This document shows positions 52,056 through 60,786 of a DNA stretch of 64,000 bases, in pieces; the stretch's first letter is position 1; every line of letters starts with the position of its first letter. The DNA is from Patescibacteria group bacterium. Lineage in GTDB: Bacteria > Patescibacteriota > Patescibacteriia > UBA9570. Location: contig JBAZWO010000001.1 of assembly GCA_041660305.1 (NCBI GenBank), positions 418,268-482,267 of the forward strand, in the 5' to 3' direction. The notes under the pieces were generated by a model. It saw only the letters and a program-made list of their open reading frames with translations, did not search any database and had not been told where the DNA came from. The translations under genes were made by a program, and so were the position numbers.

Positions 52056-54125
52056 TTATTCCTTCGGCGTTAATGTAAAGTTTACATTATCGGTTTCCTG
52101 ATTCGTTTTTACTTTTACGTTTTTATTCCAACTAGTTTCATAATTATAACTCGTGATATACAATTGATACTTCCCTGGCGCTAAACCGTCTAATAAATAA
52201 TAACCATTAGCATCAGAGTAAGCCGTAACTGCCTGATTTTTTACTCGTACATAATAACCACCGACCGGCAAACCAGTGGCAGCATCATACACAAATCCAG
52301 ATACTGTGCCGGCATTGCCTAGTTTTATATTAATATCTGCACTATTAGCTTTTATTTTTTTAGAAATACTTTTTTGCGCAAACTGCGTACTGGTTACTTT
52401 AATAATATATTTTCCAGACACAACATTACTAATATAATAATATCCTTTACTGTCTGTGTACGCCGAGCCATAACCAACATCACTATCTTTTTTTGCATAA
52501 ATTGTCACTAACGCGTTAGCTACACCGGTATTATTGTTGGTTACTTTCCCAAACACATTTACCGCCGCGGTTAGTTCGTAATTTTTTCCAGAAATATCTG
52601 CTTTAATTTTAACTTTTTTATATTGCTCGGTTTTGTAGCCACTTTTTACCACGCGCACTCGATAGTTGCCTGGTAAAATACCCATTACTGAAAAACTGCC
52701 ATCGGTATAAGTAGTGGCGCTGTAATCAGGCATTGTGGAACGCGGTTTGGCACGATTATATAAATATACATCAGTTCCTTCAATACCACTACCCGTGGCT
52801 TTATCTTTAATCGTACCTGAAAAAGTTACCGCATCAACTAAATTAAAATTTTGATTCGCCGTAGTAGCACCAGCCGTAACAGAAATGTTATAAGCCGATT
52901 GCGTTACATAATCGGTTTTAGAAACAGTTACCGTATAGTTAGAGCTAGCTCGTAATGTGTTTAACGTATAAGTACCATCGGTGCCCGACGTAGCTGTATA
53001 AGTATTGCCATAGCCATCATTAGCAGAAACCGTGGTACTAGCAATTGGAGTTGTACCATTTGATTGATAAATAGTGCCTGTAATAATACCAGCTGTTATT
53101 AAAGAAAAATTGTTATTCGTAGAAGTTGATTCATCACTAGTAATATTAAAGACTCTGCTCTGTCCAACATAACCAGTGGCACCACTAACTGTTAAAGCAT
53201 AATTACCTACCGCTGTACCACCATAATCAGTTAAATCATAAACCGAAATATTATAATTACCACTACTATCAGTATAAGCTATGTAAGTGCGTCCCGTACT
53301 AATTTCTCGCAATGTAATCGGAATATTTGCTAAAGCCGTACCGGCCAGATTGGTGATTGTGCCTGTAATAGTACTGGCTTTAGTTAAGTTAATATCTTGT
53401 GTAGTAACCGTATTATTACTTAATTGGATACCTTCTAATAATCTTCCAAAATAACCAATAACTGTTACTCTAACATTATATAACCCTGCTGCAGAGCTTT
53501 CTACGCTAGAATAGCTATACGGCGATGTAACATAATAACCAGCAGCTGTAGTAATATCGCTAGAAGAAAATGTTGGTGTAGTATTTGTAGAATAAGGATA
53601 CACTGTAGCACTAGCTATAGGTGTGGTGCTATTAGATTCATAAACATACCCAATTAATTTACCTTGTCGAATTAAACTAAAATTGTTAGTTTTAGTTTCA
53701 CCGTCACTTAACGAAAATGTTTCGTGTTGTTGTATATACACATTACCATGTTCTGTTGGTGCGTAATATGCATCAGAATTGTAATCACTATAAATAGTGT
53801 AATTTCCAGCTGTACCAGAACCAGCATCAGTTATAGTTATAGAATAATTTCCAGTTGCATCAGTGTATACCCAGTCTATTTCCCCTGTGCTATTGTTTTC
53901 AATATATACATACATGCCTGGTACAGCCGCTCCTGTAGCGCTATATGTAATTTGTCCAGACACTGTAGCATCAGCCGCTGCTATCGGTTTAGCCAAAAAC
54001 AAACATAACGCTACCAACAAAGCATTGATAGCAAAAATTCCTCCTTTTTTGATCATAAAAATATGGTTAATGATATTAATATTGTTTATAGTATAGCACT
54101 TCATTATGCTCTTTTCAAAAATCAA
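52056..54125 (-). CDS. secreted protein with about seven tandem carboxypeptidase-regulatory-like (CarboxypepD_reg) domains
   Basis: 689 aa with a signal/anchor segment (GGIFAINALLVALCLFLAKPIAA). It has seven ~85-95 aa repeats of pattern G.I....G.P........TD..G.Y......G.Y. Confidence 0.75.
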   Translation of the reverse strand: MIFEKSIMKCYTINNINIINHIFMIKKGGIFAINALLVALCLFLAKPIAAADATVSGQITYSATGAAVPGMYVYIENNSTGEIDWVYTDATGNYSITITDAGSGTAGNYTIYSDYNSDAYYAPTEHGNVYIQQHETFSLSDGETKTNNFSLIRQGKLIGYVYESNSTTPIASATVYPYSTNTTPTFSSSDITTAAGYYVTSPYSYSSVESSAAGLYNVRVTVIGYFGRLLEGIQLSNNTVTTQDINLTKASTITGTITNLAGTALANIPITLREISTGRTYIAYTDSSGNYNISVYDLTDYGGTAVGNYALTVSGATGYVGQSRVFNITSDESTSTNNNFSLITAGIITGTIYQSNGTTPIASTTVSANDGYGNTYTATSGTDGTYTLNTLRASSNYTVTVSKTDYVTQSAYNISVTAGATTANQNFNLVDAVTFSGTIKDKATGSGIEGTDVYLYNRAKPRSTMPDYSATTYTDGSFSVMGILPGNYRVRVVKSGYKTEQYKKVKIKADISGKNYELTAAVNVFGKVTNNNTGVANALVTIYAKKDSDVGYGSAYTDSKGYYYISNVVSGKYIIKVTSTQFAQKSISKKIKANSADINIKLGNAGTVSGFVYDAATGLPVGGYYVRVKNQAVTAYSDANGYYLLDGLAPGKYQLYITSYNYETSWNKNVKVKTNQETDNVNFTLTPKE

Positions 54126-54188
54126 CTATTTTGCTACACTAATTTAGCTTTACTTCACTTCGTTTGCTTTGTTATAGCAAAGCAAACT

Positions 54189-54232
54189 GGCGGGCTTGCC
54201 CGCCGAAGCTTGAGCACAGCGAAAAGCGTAGG
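54189..54232 (-). repeat. tRNA-abutting twin-hairpin element, copy 5 (inverted, as a 5' leader)
   Basis: Plus strand reads GGCGGG CTTG CCCGCC GAAG ..... CGTAGG and then tRNA-Pro. The reverse complement is CCTACG ... CTTCGG CGGGC AAG CCCGCC. Confidence 0.65.
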
Positions 54233-54305
54233 CGGGGCGTGGCGCAGTTGGTAGCGCGCATGGTTTGGGACCATGAGGCCGCTGGTTCGAGCCCAGTCGC
54301 CCCGA
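54233..54305 (+). tRNA. tRNA-Pro (anticodon TGG)
   Basis: Acceptor CGGGGCG/CGCCCCG, anticodon stem CATGG/CCATG with loop TTTGGGA, T-loop GGTTCGAGCCC. Confidence 0.9.
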
Positions 54306-54314
54306 CACTAACAA

Positions 54315-54346
54315 AACAACCCTTCGACAAGCTCAGGGTTGTTTTT
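54315..54346 (+). terminator. intrinsic terminator after tRNA-Pro
   Basis: AACAACCCT ...11 nt... AGGGTTGTT followed by TTT. Confidence 0.55.
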
Positions 54347-54373
54347 GCTTACAATATCATATACGATACTCTT

Positions 54374-55297
54374 ATGTTAAAAAATACTATCGCTATCGCC
54401 GTATACTTCGATGATCCCAACGAAATGGGCTATCCGTTTGATAATGTGAATTATTACAAATCATATCAGGGTTTTAGCGAACGCTGTGCCAAACGTGATA
54501 TTAATTTTGTCATCACCCGAGGAGATAGTTATTTAGGCAACATGAAATTTAAAGCTGGATGGAAATATAATGATGATAAATTAGAAAAAATTACCAAACC
54601 ATTTACCGCGAATATTATTTACGTAAAAGGCAAAAATATTATTACTAGCCCAACGGATAAAGCGGTTAACCATTTAGAATTGGCAAAAATCTGTCGTGAT
54701 AAAATGTTAACCTATCAGTTATTTAGTAAATTCATGGCCAAAACATTGCTAATTAATGCAGTAAATTGGCAAGCTGTACTCCAACAAATTCCTTCTGAAA
54801 AAATTGTAGTTAAACCAGTTACGGGCATGGAAGGAGTAGGTATTGTAGTGTGTAACAAAGCAGATTTTAATTATGATGACTTGGATCAAACTCAGGCGCC
54901 ATTTTTGGTGCAGGAATTTGTTGATAGCTCAGCTGGTATTCCTGGCTTGTTAACCGGCAAACACGATTTACGCTTATATATTTTTAATGGCCGCGCCAAA
55001 ATAGCTGAGTATCGCCAACCAAAACCCGGTAGTGATTTAGCAAACATTGCTCAAGGCGGTTCGCTAACTATTTTAAAAATGTCTCAAGTACCACAGTGGG
55101 CTTTAGATTTTGTAAAACAAATTGATCAACATTTTAAACAATATTTTCCGCGCATCTACACCATCGATTTAATGTATGCAAATCATCGACCATATTTAGT
55201 AGAATTAAATAGCCGCCCCGGCTTACCTTTTAAAGACTGGGGTTATTACGATGAACTACAAAATAATATTTTAGACACTTTATTAACTGCCTTATAA
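54374..55297 (+). CDS. ATP-grasp domain protein (RimK/glutathione-synthetase-like fold)
   Basis: The listed ORF (54164) reads through tRNA-Pro, so I use the internal ATG at 54374 (MLKNTIAIAVYF...). VVKPVTGMEGVGIVV, FLVQEFV and YLVELNSRPGL fit an ATP-grasp fold. Confidence 0.7.
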   Translation: MLKNTIAIAVYFDDPNEMGYPFDNVNYYKSYQGFSERCAKRDINFVITRGDSYLGNMKFKAGWKYNDDKLEKITKPFTANIIYVKGKNIITSPTDKAVNHLELAKICRDKMLTYQLFSKFMAKTLLINAVNWQAVLQQIPSEKIVVKPVTGMEGVGIVVCNKADFNYDDLDQTQAPFLVQEFVDSSAGIPGLLTGKHDLRLYIFNGRAKIAEYRQPKPGSDLANIAQGGSLTILKMSQVPQWALDFVKQIDQHFKQYFPRIYTIDLMYANHRPYLVELNSRPGLPFKDWGYYDELQNNILDTLLTAL

Positions 55298-55301
55298 TCT
55301 G

Positions 55302-55373
55302 CTCAGGAGGTTGGGATTGAACCAACGACCCATGCGTTAACAGCGCATTGCTCTACCACTGAGCTACTCCTGA
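55302..55373 (-). tRNA. tRNA-Asn (anticodon GTT)
   Basis: Reverse complement TCAGGAGTAGCTCAGTGGTAGAGCAATGCGCTGTTAACGCATGGGTCGTTGGTTCAATCCCAACCTCCTGAG, with anticodon loop CTGTTAA. Confidence 0.9.
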
Positions 55374-55420
55374 AAAATTCCTTATTATTAATAAGGCTTT
55401 CGTATAATAAACAACTTTGT

Positions 55421-56962
55421 TTAGCTTGTCAAATACGCACACGGCTTCACTTTTTCTCGTGTTTTAGAAATTCTCATCGCATCTTCGTTAGTAATAGATC
55501 CTAATACCGGATTACGTTCCTGCTCTAAATACACTGATTTATAAGTATTCGGCAATAACGGTACCAGCGCTTCCGCCACGGTTAAATTACACGCATTTTG
55601 TTGTAATGTTTCCCAAGTAGTATTATCTCCGTACAAAATTAAATCCAAGCCCGTGGCTGGAATAATAGTATCAGCATCGGTTTGCATGAATGAAAAAGTT
55701 AAACTATCATTATTCTCTTTGGTTTGAGCACGCGCACAAACTTCAATACTTTTATAATTGCCTCTTTCCAGTTGCATTTTAATATAGGCATTTTTCATCC
55801 AGGTAAGATAATTAATCTGATTGAAACCGCCTAAACATTTTACACCGTAATAAAACGACAACACAAAGAAATCCATTAAACAACTAGGAATTAACTCCCG
55901 CGCTGCCAAAGCCGCTCGCACTTTATCTGGTGTTAATTCAAGACGATAGCTATTATCATTAGATACTAAATAATTACCTTTTTTCCATAATTGAATATGA
56001 TATTTACTGTTCTTTGGTAAAGCCCAAAACAAATAAGTACCGCTTTGTTCTTTAGTAGAAAAGGCGCACATAATATCATCAAAATACTGCTTAATTAAAG
56101 GATCGTACTCAGAGTCAAATAAAATATGATAAAGCGTAGTATCTTGATCCAAATGATAATTCAAAATTAATCGTGTTACTAATGTTTCTTGTTCCAGATA
56201 CAACACGTCTGGAATACTAGCTGTACTGTTATGAAAAAAACGTTTCCATAAATGCAGGTTAGTTTTACTAACTTGATCGGTAAAATATTTGCAAGCCAAC
56301 ACATCTGGCCGCGTATATACTTCTGCAAATAATTGCCCAATTTTATCACTCACTCCAGGCGCAAATTTTTTGGCTTGCTTATAAATATCATCCGTCACCT
56401 TTTTCATTTCAGCCGCCGTGTAGGCTCGAAAATTAATTACTGGATAAGGCCGAAATTGCGCTGGAAAAAATGATAAGCGTTGAATTTCAACCTTCTTAGT
56501 TTGTTTGTCACGATAATGAAAAAACAACCCACGTGGAAACGAATGATTACGAAATGATACGTTAGCACATGATGGCACGATAACATATTTTAACACTGGG
56601 TCTTCAACTGCCGAATAAGGCAGAGCCGTAGTAATATTGGAATTCATGAAATACGGATGACATAAAGGACCATTGTGATCGGAAGTAGACACAAAATAAT
56701 ATTTAGCCAATTGTCGAGCCGCCGCCTGCGCTGTAGCTTGATCGAATTTTTCGGCCACAAAGGTTTGAAATGTATCAATTAGCTCATCTTGCCGTTTTTG
56801 TACTGGCGGATTTAAATTAATCTGCAAATAATCTTTAGCGTAATCAAATACTGACTTTGTACCGCTGCGCTTTAATAACTCACCAAAAATTGGTCGACGC
56901 ACCAACACTGCTTCACGCAGAGCATCTAAATTATTACTTGAATCATCGTTATTTAGCGACAT
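55421..56962 (-). CDS. hypothetical 513-aa cytoplasmic protein (no family recognised)
   Basis: A long uninterrupted ORF with host-like composition, and no TM segment or signal peptide. I cannot place any motif. Confidence 0.6.
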   Translation of the reverse strand: MSLNNDDSSNNLDALREAVLVRRPIFGELLKRSGTKSVFDYAKDYLQINLNPPVQKRQDELIDTFQTFVAEKFDQATAQAAARQLAKYYFVSTSDHNGPLCHPYFMNSNITTALPYSAVEDPVLKYVIVPSCANVSFRNHSFPRGLFFHYRDKQTKKVEIQRLSFFPAQFRPYPVINFRAYTAAEMKKVTDDIYKQAKKFAPGVSDKIGQLFAEVYTRPDVLACKYFTDQVSKTNLHLWKRFFHNSTASIPDVLYLEQETLVTRLILNYHLDQDTTLYHILFDSEYDPLIKQYFDDIMCAFSTKEQSGTYLFWALPKNSKYHIQLWKKGNYLVSNDNSYRLELTPDKVRAALAARELIPSCLMDFFVLSFYYGVKCLGGFNQINYLTWMKNAYIKMQLERGNYKSIEVCARAQTKENNDSLTFSFMQTDADTIIPATGLDLILYGDNTTWETLQQNACNLTVAEALVPLLPNTYKSVYLEQERNPVLGSITNEDAMRISKTREKVKPCAYLTS

Positions 56963-57095
56963 AACGGAAATCTATTTTAACATATAATTAATATCCCGGC
57001 AAGCCGCCAAACAGCCACCAGACGAACTAATAATTGACACTTTGGCAATATCTCCATACTATTACAACAGTTGTATTTTAATATCAAAATTAATT

Positions 57096-57764
57096 ATGTC
57101 ATCTGTTTTAACTAAAAAACACATTGCGTTAACTTTACTAGTGTTAACGATACTAGTTGTAGCTTATTGGTTATTAGCTCATTCAATTTTTAGTTTAAAT
57201 ACACGTGAATTTAACAACTGGATTTATCAATTAGGTTGGAAAGCACCTTTGGTAAGTATTGCTTTAATTATGATCGAAATTATAATTCCACCTTTGCCTG
57301 GCGGTTGGTTAAGTTTAGCTAATGGTTATATCTTTGGTTCTTGGCTAGGATTCCTATATTCATATATTGGTTCTGTTAGCGGCACCTTATTATTATTCTT
57401 AATTGTTCGAAAATTTGGTCAACCGTTTGTGCGCGCAATGATGCCGCACCAAGTGTTTGAACAATACAAACATAAAATTTATCATGTCCGGTTTGCTTTT
57501 GGTTTATTATATTGCATTCCTTTATTCCCGGTTGATATGCTAACAATGTTATTAGGTTTAACTCCTATACCATTCAAAAAATATTTACTATTAGTAACTA
57601 TAGGTTTTATACCAAATATTTTAATGGTTAGTTTTTTTGGCTCCATTGTATCTGGTCCTAATAATAATTATGACATTATTTTTCTGATTTTAGTTGGTAT
57701 AGCTACTTGTTATTTAATTATCGCCTGGCTAAGTCATCGTCTTCTAGCTAAACCACTCGCTTAA
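57096..57764 (+). CDS. TVP38/TMEM64 (DedA-related, VTT-domain) membrane protein
   Basis: I prefer the ATG at 57096 (MSSVLTKKH...). The motif PPLPGGWLSLANGYIFG and about 5 TM helices are present. Confidence 0.7.
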   Translation: MSSVLTKKHIALTLLVLTILVVAYWLLAHSIFSLNTREFNNWIYQLGWKAPLVSIALIMIEIIIPPLPGGWLSLANGYIFGSWLGFLYSYIGSVSGTLLLFLIVRKFGQPFVRAMMPHQVFEQYKHKIYHVRFAFGLLYCIPLFPVDMLTMLLGLTPIPFKKYLLLVTIGFIPNILMVSFFGSIVSGPNNNYDIIFLILVGIATCYLIIAWLSHRLLAKPLA

Positions 57765-57860
57765 ACTAGTTATCTACTTACTACCCACAGTTTTTCCACT
57801 CTTTGCCCACTTTTTTGGTGTTATTTTGCCAGTTTTAGGCAAATTTTACTGATAAAACTC

Positions 57861-57889
57861 TTGTTAAGACTAAATTAAGCCGATATAAT
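57861..57889 (+). promoter_or_regulatory. putative promoter of tRNA-Gly
   Basis: TTGTTA (57861-57866), 17 nt, TATAAT (57884-57889). Confidence 0.5.
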
Positions 57890-57982
57890 GTTAGGGTCGC
57901 TTTTTCTGCTTGTCAGCGGTTTTTTAACTACTTAAAAGCAGTCTTAGACCGAGCATATCCCCTTTATAAAGGGAATGCCTCG

Positions 57983-58054
57983 GCGGGTATCGTATAACGG
58001 CTATTATCTCAGTTTTCCAAACTGATGACGCGGGTTCGACCCCCGCTACCCGCT
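57983..58054 (+). tRNA. tRNA-Gly (anticodon TCC)
   Basis: GCGGGTATCGTATAACGGCTATTA...TTTCCAA...GGGTTCGACCCCCGCTACCCGCT closely resembles the enterobacterial glyT layout. The discriminator is T. Confidence 0.9.
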
Positions 58055-58107
58055 CTGAATTTTTGCTCCGCTCAAATTAAGTAATATGTAATGAGTAATT
58101 GGTAATT
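58053..58107 (+). repeat. 55-nt direct repeat, copy 1 (starts in the last 2 nt of tRNA-Gly)
   Basis: CTCTGAATTTTTGCTCCGCTCAAATTAAGTAATATGTAATGAGTAATTGGTAATT matches 58672-58726 at 49 of 55 positions. Confidence 0.8.
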
Positions 58108-58228
58108 AGGGTAAAAAATTATTCCAAATAAGAAAGATTATCATCATCCACTGTTTCATCCAAAATATAAAACAGAACTTATCTGTTTTGTTTATCTATA
58201 AAAAATGCAAGATTCAATTTTTATTACT

Positions 58229-58642
58229 CTATTTAAAATGCTCTGGAACGTGTAACCAAAAGTATAATTTTGTTCTTCGCCGACAATCGGTAACTTTAGT
58301 GGTGATTTTCTTAAGAGAAGTATCCTCTATTAAATTTCCAGAAGAATCATAATCCTTAAAGAGGCAAGCTTCATCTCCACAATAACGATACTCATAAATA
58401 GTATTATGAGTACTAACCTCTTTACAGCTATAATAAAATGCCCCCATAGGTATACGAGGTTTAGGTAAAGGAAAAAAAATGTAAAGTACCACAATGCCAA
58501 AAACTAATAGTATAAACAATACTATTCCACCAATAATGTACGGTGTCTTACGTTGCTCTTGATTCATCATAGAACTTATTATACCTAATATTGATAATTT
58601 AAACCATATAATGAAATCTAAACCCTTTATTGATTTTTTCAA
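58229..58642 (-). CDS. hypothetical membrane-anchored protein
   Basis: 137 aa with one or two TM helices and a small Cys-containing external domain. It lies between the two 55-nt direct repeats. Confidence 0.4.
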   Translation of the reverse strand: MKKSIKGLDFIIWFKLSILGIISSMMNQEQRKTPYIIGGIVLFILLVFGIVVLYIFFPLPKPRIPMGAFYYSCKEVSTHNTIYEYRYCGDEACLFKDYDSSGNLIEDTSLKKITTKVTDCRRRTKLYFWLHVPEHFK

Positions 58643-58671
58643 CCTCAGTCCGCACGTCCTGTACTAAAGAG

Positions 58672-58726
58672 CTCTGAATTTTCGCTGCGCTCAAATTAAG
58701 TGGTTTGTAATGAGTAATTGGTAATT
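58672..58726 (+). repeat. 55-nt direct repeat, copy 2
   Basis: CTCTGAATTTTCGCTGCGCTCAAATTAAGTGGTTTGTAATGAGTAATTGGTAATT. Confidence 0.8.
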
Positions 58727-59847
58727 TATATTATTAACTCACCTAAAAATTTTCGTGCATCTCGCAAAGTAATTCTTTCATTTACTTTATATTCTCGTTT
58801 TGCTTCTTTTATTAATTGAGTAGCAGGTAAGTTGTATTTGTGTGAAAAATAATGTAATGATGAATCAATATTGCTAGTGTTATTTTTTGCTTCTATCAGT
58901 TGCTCGATAACATGGTTTTTACTAATGCAAAAATCCACTTCTTTCCCTTCTTTGGTGCGCAAATAATGTAAAGTGACTCTTTGGCCTTGATAATCACTTC
59001 TGGAATAAATATATTTCAATAAACAAACTGCTACCATATTTTCAAATTTAGCCCCAACATCTCCATTCACCAGACCGTTATCAAAAAAATAAATTTTTGG
59101 TTCTTTTAGCAATGATCTAGCAATATTACGGGTAAACGGAGTAACACGAAAAATAATATAAAGTGCTTCTAAAATTTGTATGTATTTACGTACAGTAGTT
59201 GGAGATACACCTACGTCTTGCGCAATAGTAGAGTAAGAAATTGGTGAGCCAACTCGCTCACGCAGTAAATCAAGTACTAATTGCATAGCGCGTAAATCAT
59301 GAATTTGCTCAAAATCCAAAATATCTTCACGAATTAAGCCGTTTACATATTGTAAGCGCCACCGCTCGGCGGCTTCGTCTGTTTCAGCTAAAAATGGCTC
59401 TGGAAAACCACCACGCTGAATAAAACGATCTATGTTATTATACGGCGTATTTTTGAGTTCAGCCGGCGCAAAAGGCAATAAATGATGCACAAAATAGCGA
59501 CCAGCTAAAGACTCGCCAGTTGCTTGGAAAGCATCTAGGCGAGCACTACCTGTAACTAAAATAGATAAGTGTGGTGTTTTAGTATCAAACACTCCTTTAA
59601 TATATTGTTTCCATTCTGGCATTTTATGTAGTTCATCAAGAATTAGAAGATCAGTAGATTCTAACCAGGCCTCTTTTTGTATAATTTCACGATCTGCTTT
59701 ACGATCGTAATTTAAATACACGGCTTGATGATAAAATTTTGCTATTTCTTTAGCTAACCAAGTTTTGCCGGATTGCCTGGGGCCAACCAAAAACACCATT
59801 TTTTTCTGCAAATCTTGCATGATTTTATCTTGTTGCGAGCGTTTCAT
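58726..59847 (-). CDS. AAA+ ATPase with a DUF4143-type C-terminal domain
   Basis: 373 aa with Walker A GPRQSGKTW and Walker B LLILDELH, and a C-terminal restriction-endonuclease-like / DUF4143-like region (EVDFCI...EAK). Confidence 0.75.
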   Translation of the reverse strand: MKRSQQDKIMQDLQKKMVFLVGPRQSGKTWLAKEIAKFYHQAVYLNYDRKADREIIQKEAWLESTDLLILDELHKMPEWKQYIKGVFDTKTPHLSILVTGSARLDAFQATGESLAGRYFVHHLLPFAPAELKNTPYNNIDRFIQRGGFPEPFLAETDEAAERWRLQYVNGLIREDILDFEQIHDLRAMQLVLDLLRERVGSPISYSTIAQDVGVSPTTVRKYIQILEALYIIFRVTPFTRNIARSLLKEPKIYFFDNGLVNGDVGAKFENMVAVCLLKYIYSRSDYQGQRVTLHYLRTKEGKEVDFCISKNHVIEQLIEAKNNTSNIDSSLHYFSHKYNLPATQLIKEAKREYKVNERITLRDARKFLGELII

Positions 59848-59912
59848 ATATGACTATTATACACGATAATACAAAATAGTCAAGACTAAACTGCAAAACA
59901 GTGCAGAATAGT

Positions 59913-60668
59913 CTAAAAATTATTCGGGCAAAAATCCCACATATAATGAAACCACACGCGGAAAGAGTCGGCAATTTGTTGGTTCACAATAACGGTAAAC
60001 GAAAAATCCTCGTCGGCAAACCCCCCGAGGCGCATGTTGGAAATAATATTCACGTGGTCGCCAAAAATATCAATAGCGCCACTCGGAGCGGAATAGCCTT
60101 TGGGTAAAAATTTATAATCCTTTTTTACATATTGTAAAATTTTCGGAAATGTTTCGCGCACTTCCCAATCAAACAAATGATAGAACCGAATTTTTTTTCT
60201 TTGCGCTTCTTTGTAAAATTGCGGGTAAAAATGTTTTACGCGTTCATCCAGCCAGGCACCTTTTGCGCCGATAAAATAAGCCGGTTCTCCAACCTGCACC
60301 ATGTCGCGCATATAATTTTTCCAGCCTTCCAGGCCTTTATAAATATATACCTCGTCTTCTTTTGGAGTAGTGTGATAGAGTTGTTGTAAATTGGGAAGAT
60401 TTTTTTGTAATTGCGCTTCTTTTTCTTTTAGCACTTCCATTAGTTTATTCGGGTCAACCGGTTTATACGAGCTATCACCTTTTTGTAAAATAGGGAAGAC
60501 CAAGCCTTTTTCCATCATTCGATTCAATACATCATAAATATTTCTGCGGTTAATATTCGTTTCGGCAGAAATAGTACTCACCGAAGCCTCACCTAATTCG
60601 AGCAGTTTTTCGTAAATTTCAGCTTCATTTTTGGATAATCCCAAATTTTGAAAAAGTTCTAAATACAT
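59913..60668 (-). CDS. TrmB-family transcriptional regulator
   Basis: 251 aa. The N-terminal wHTH LGLSKNEAEIYEKLLELGEASVSTISAETNINRRNIYDVLNRMMEKGLV is followed by a TrmB-like C-terminal domain. Confidence 0.75.
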   Translation of the reverse strand: MYLELFQNLGLSKNEAEIYEKLLELGEASVSTISAETNINRRNIYDVLNRMMEKGLVFPILQKGDSSYKPVDPNKLMEVLKEKEAQLQKNLPNLQQLYHTTPKEDEVYIYKGLEGWKNYMRDMVQVGEPAYFIGAKGAWLDERVKHFYPQFYKEAQRKKIRFYHLFDWEVRETFPKILQYVKKDYKFLPKGYSAPSGAIDIFGDHVNIISNMRLGGFADEDFSFTVIVNQQIADSFRVWFHYMWDFCPNNF

Positions 60669-60786
60669 ATAATATAACTAATATTAGCGATTTATTTTGT
60701 GGTGGTGTTTGCCACTCGCTATTTATCATATAGTATGTTGTTCAGTTAAGCAAATAATTATGCAAATCATTAATTAACAAAAATTT

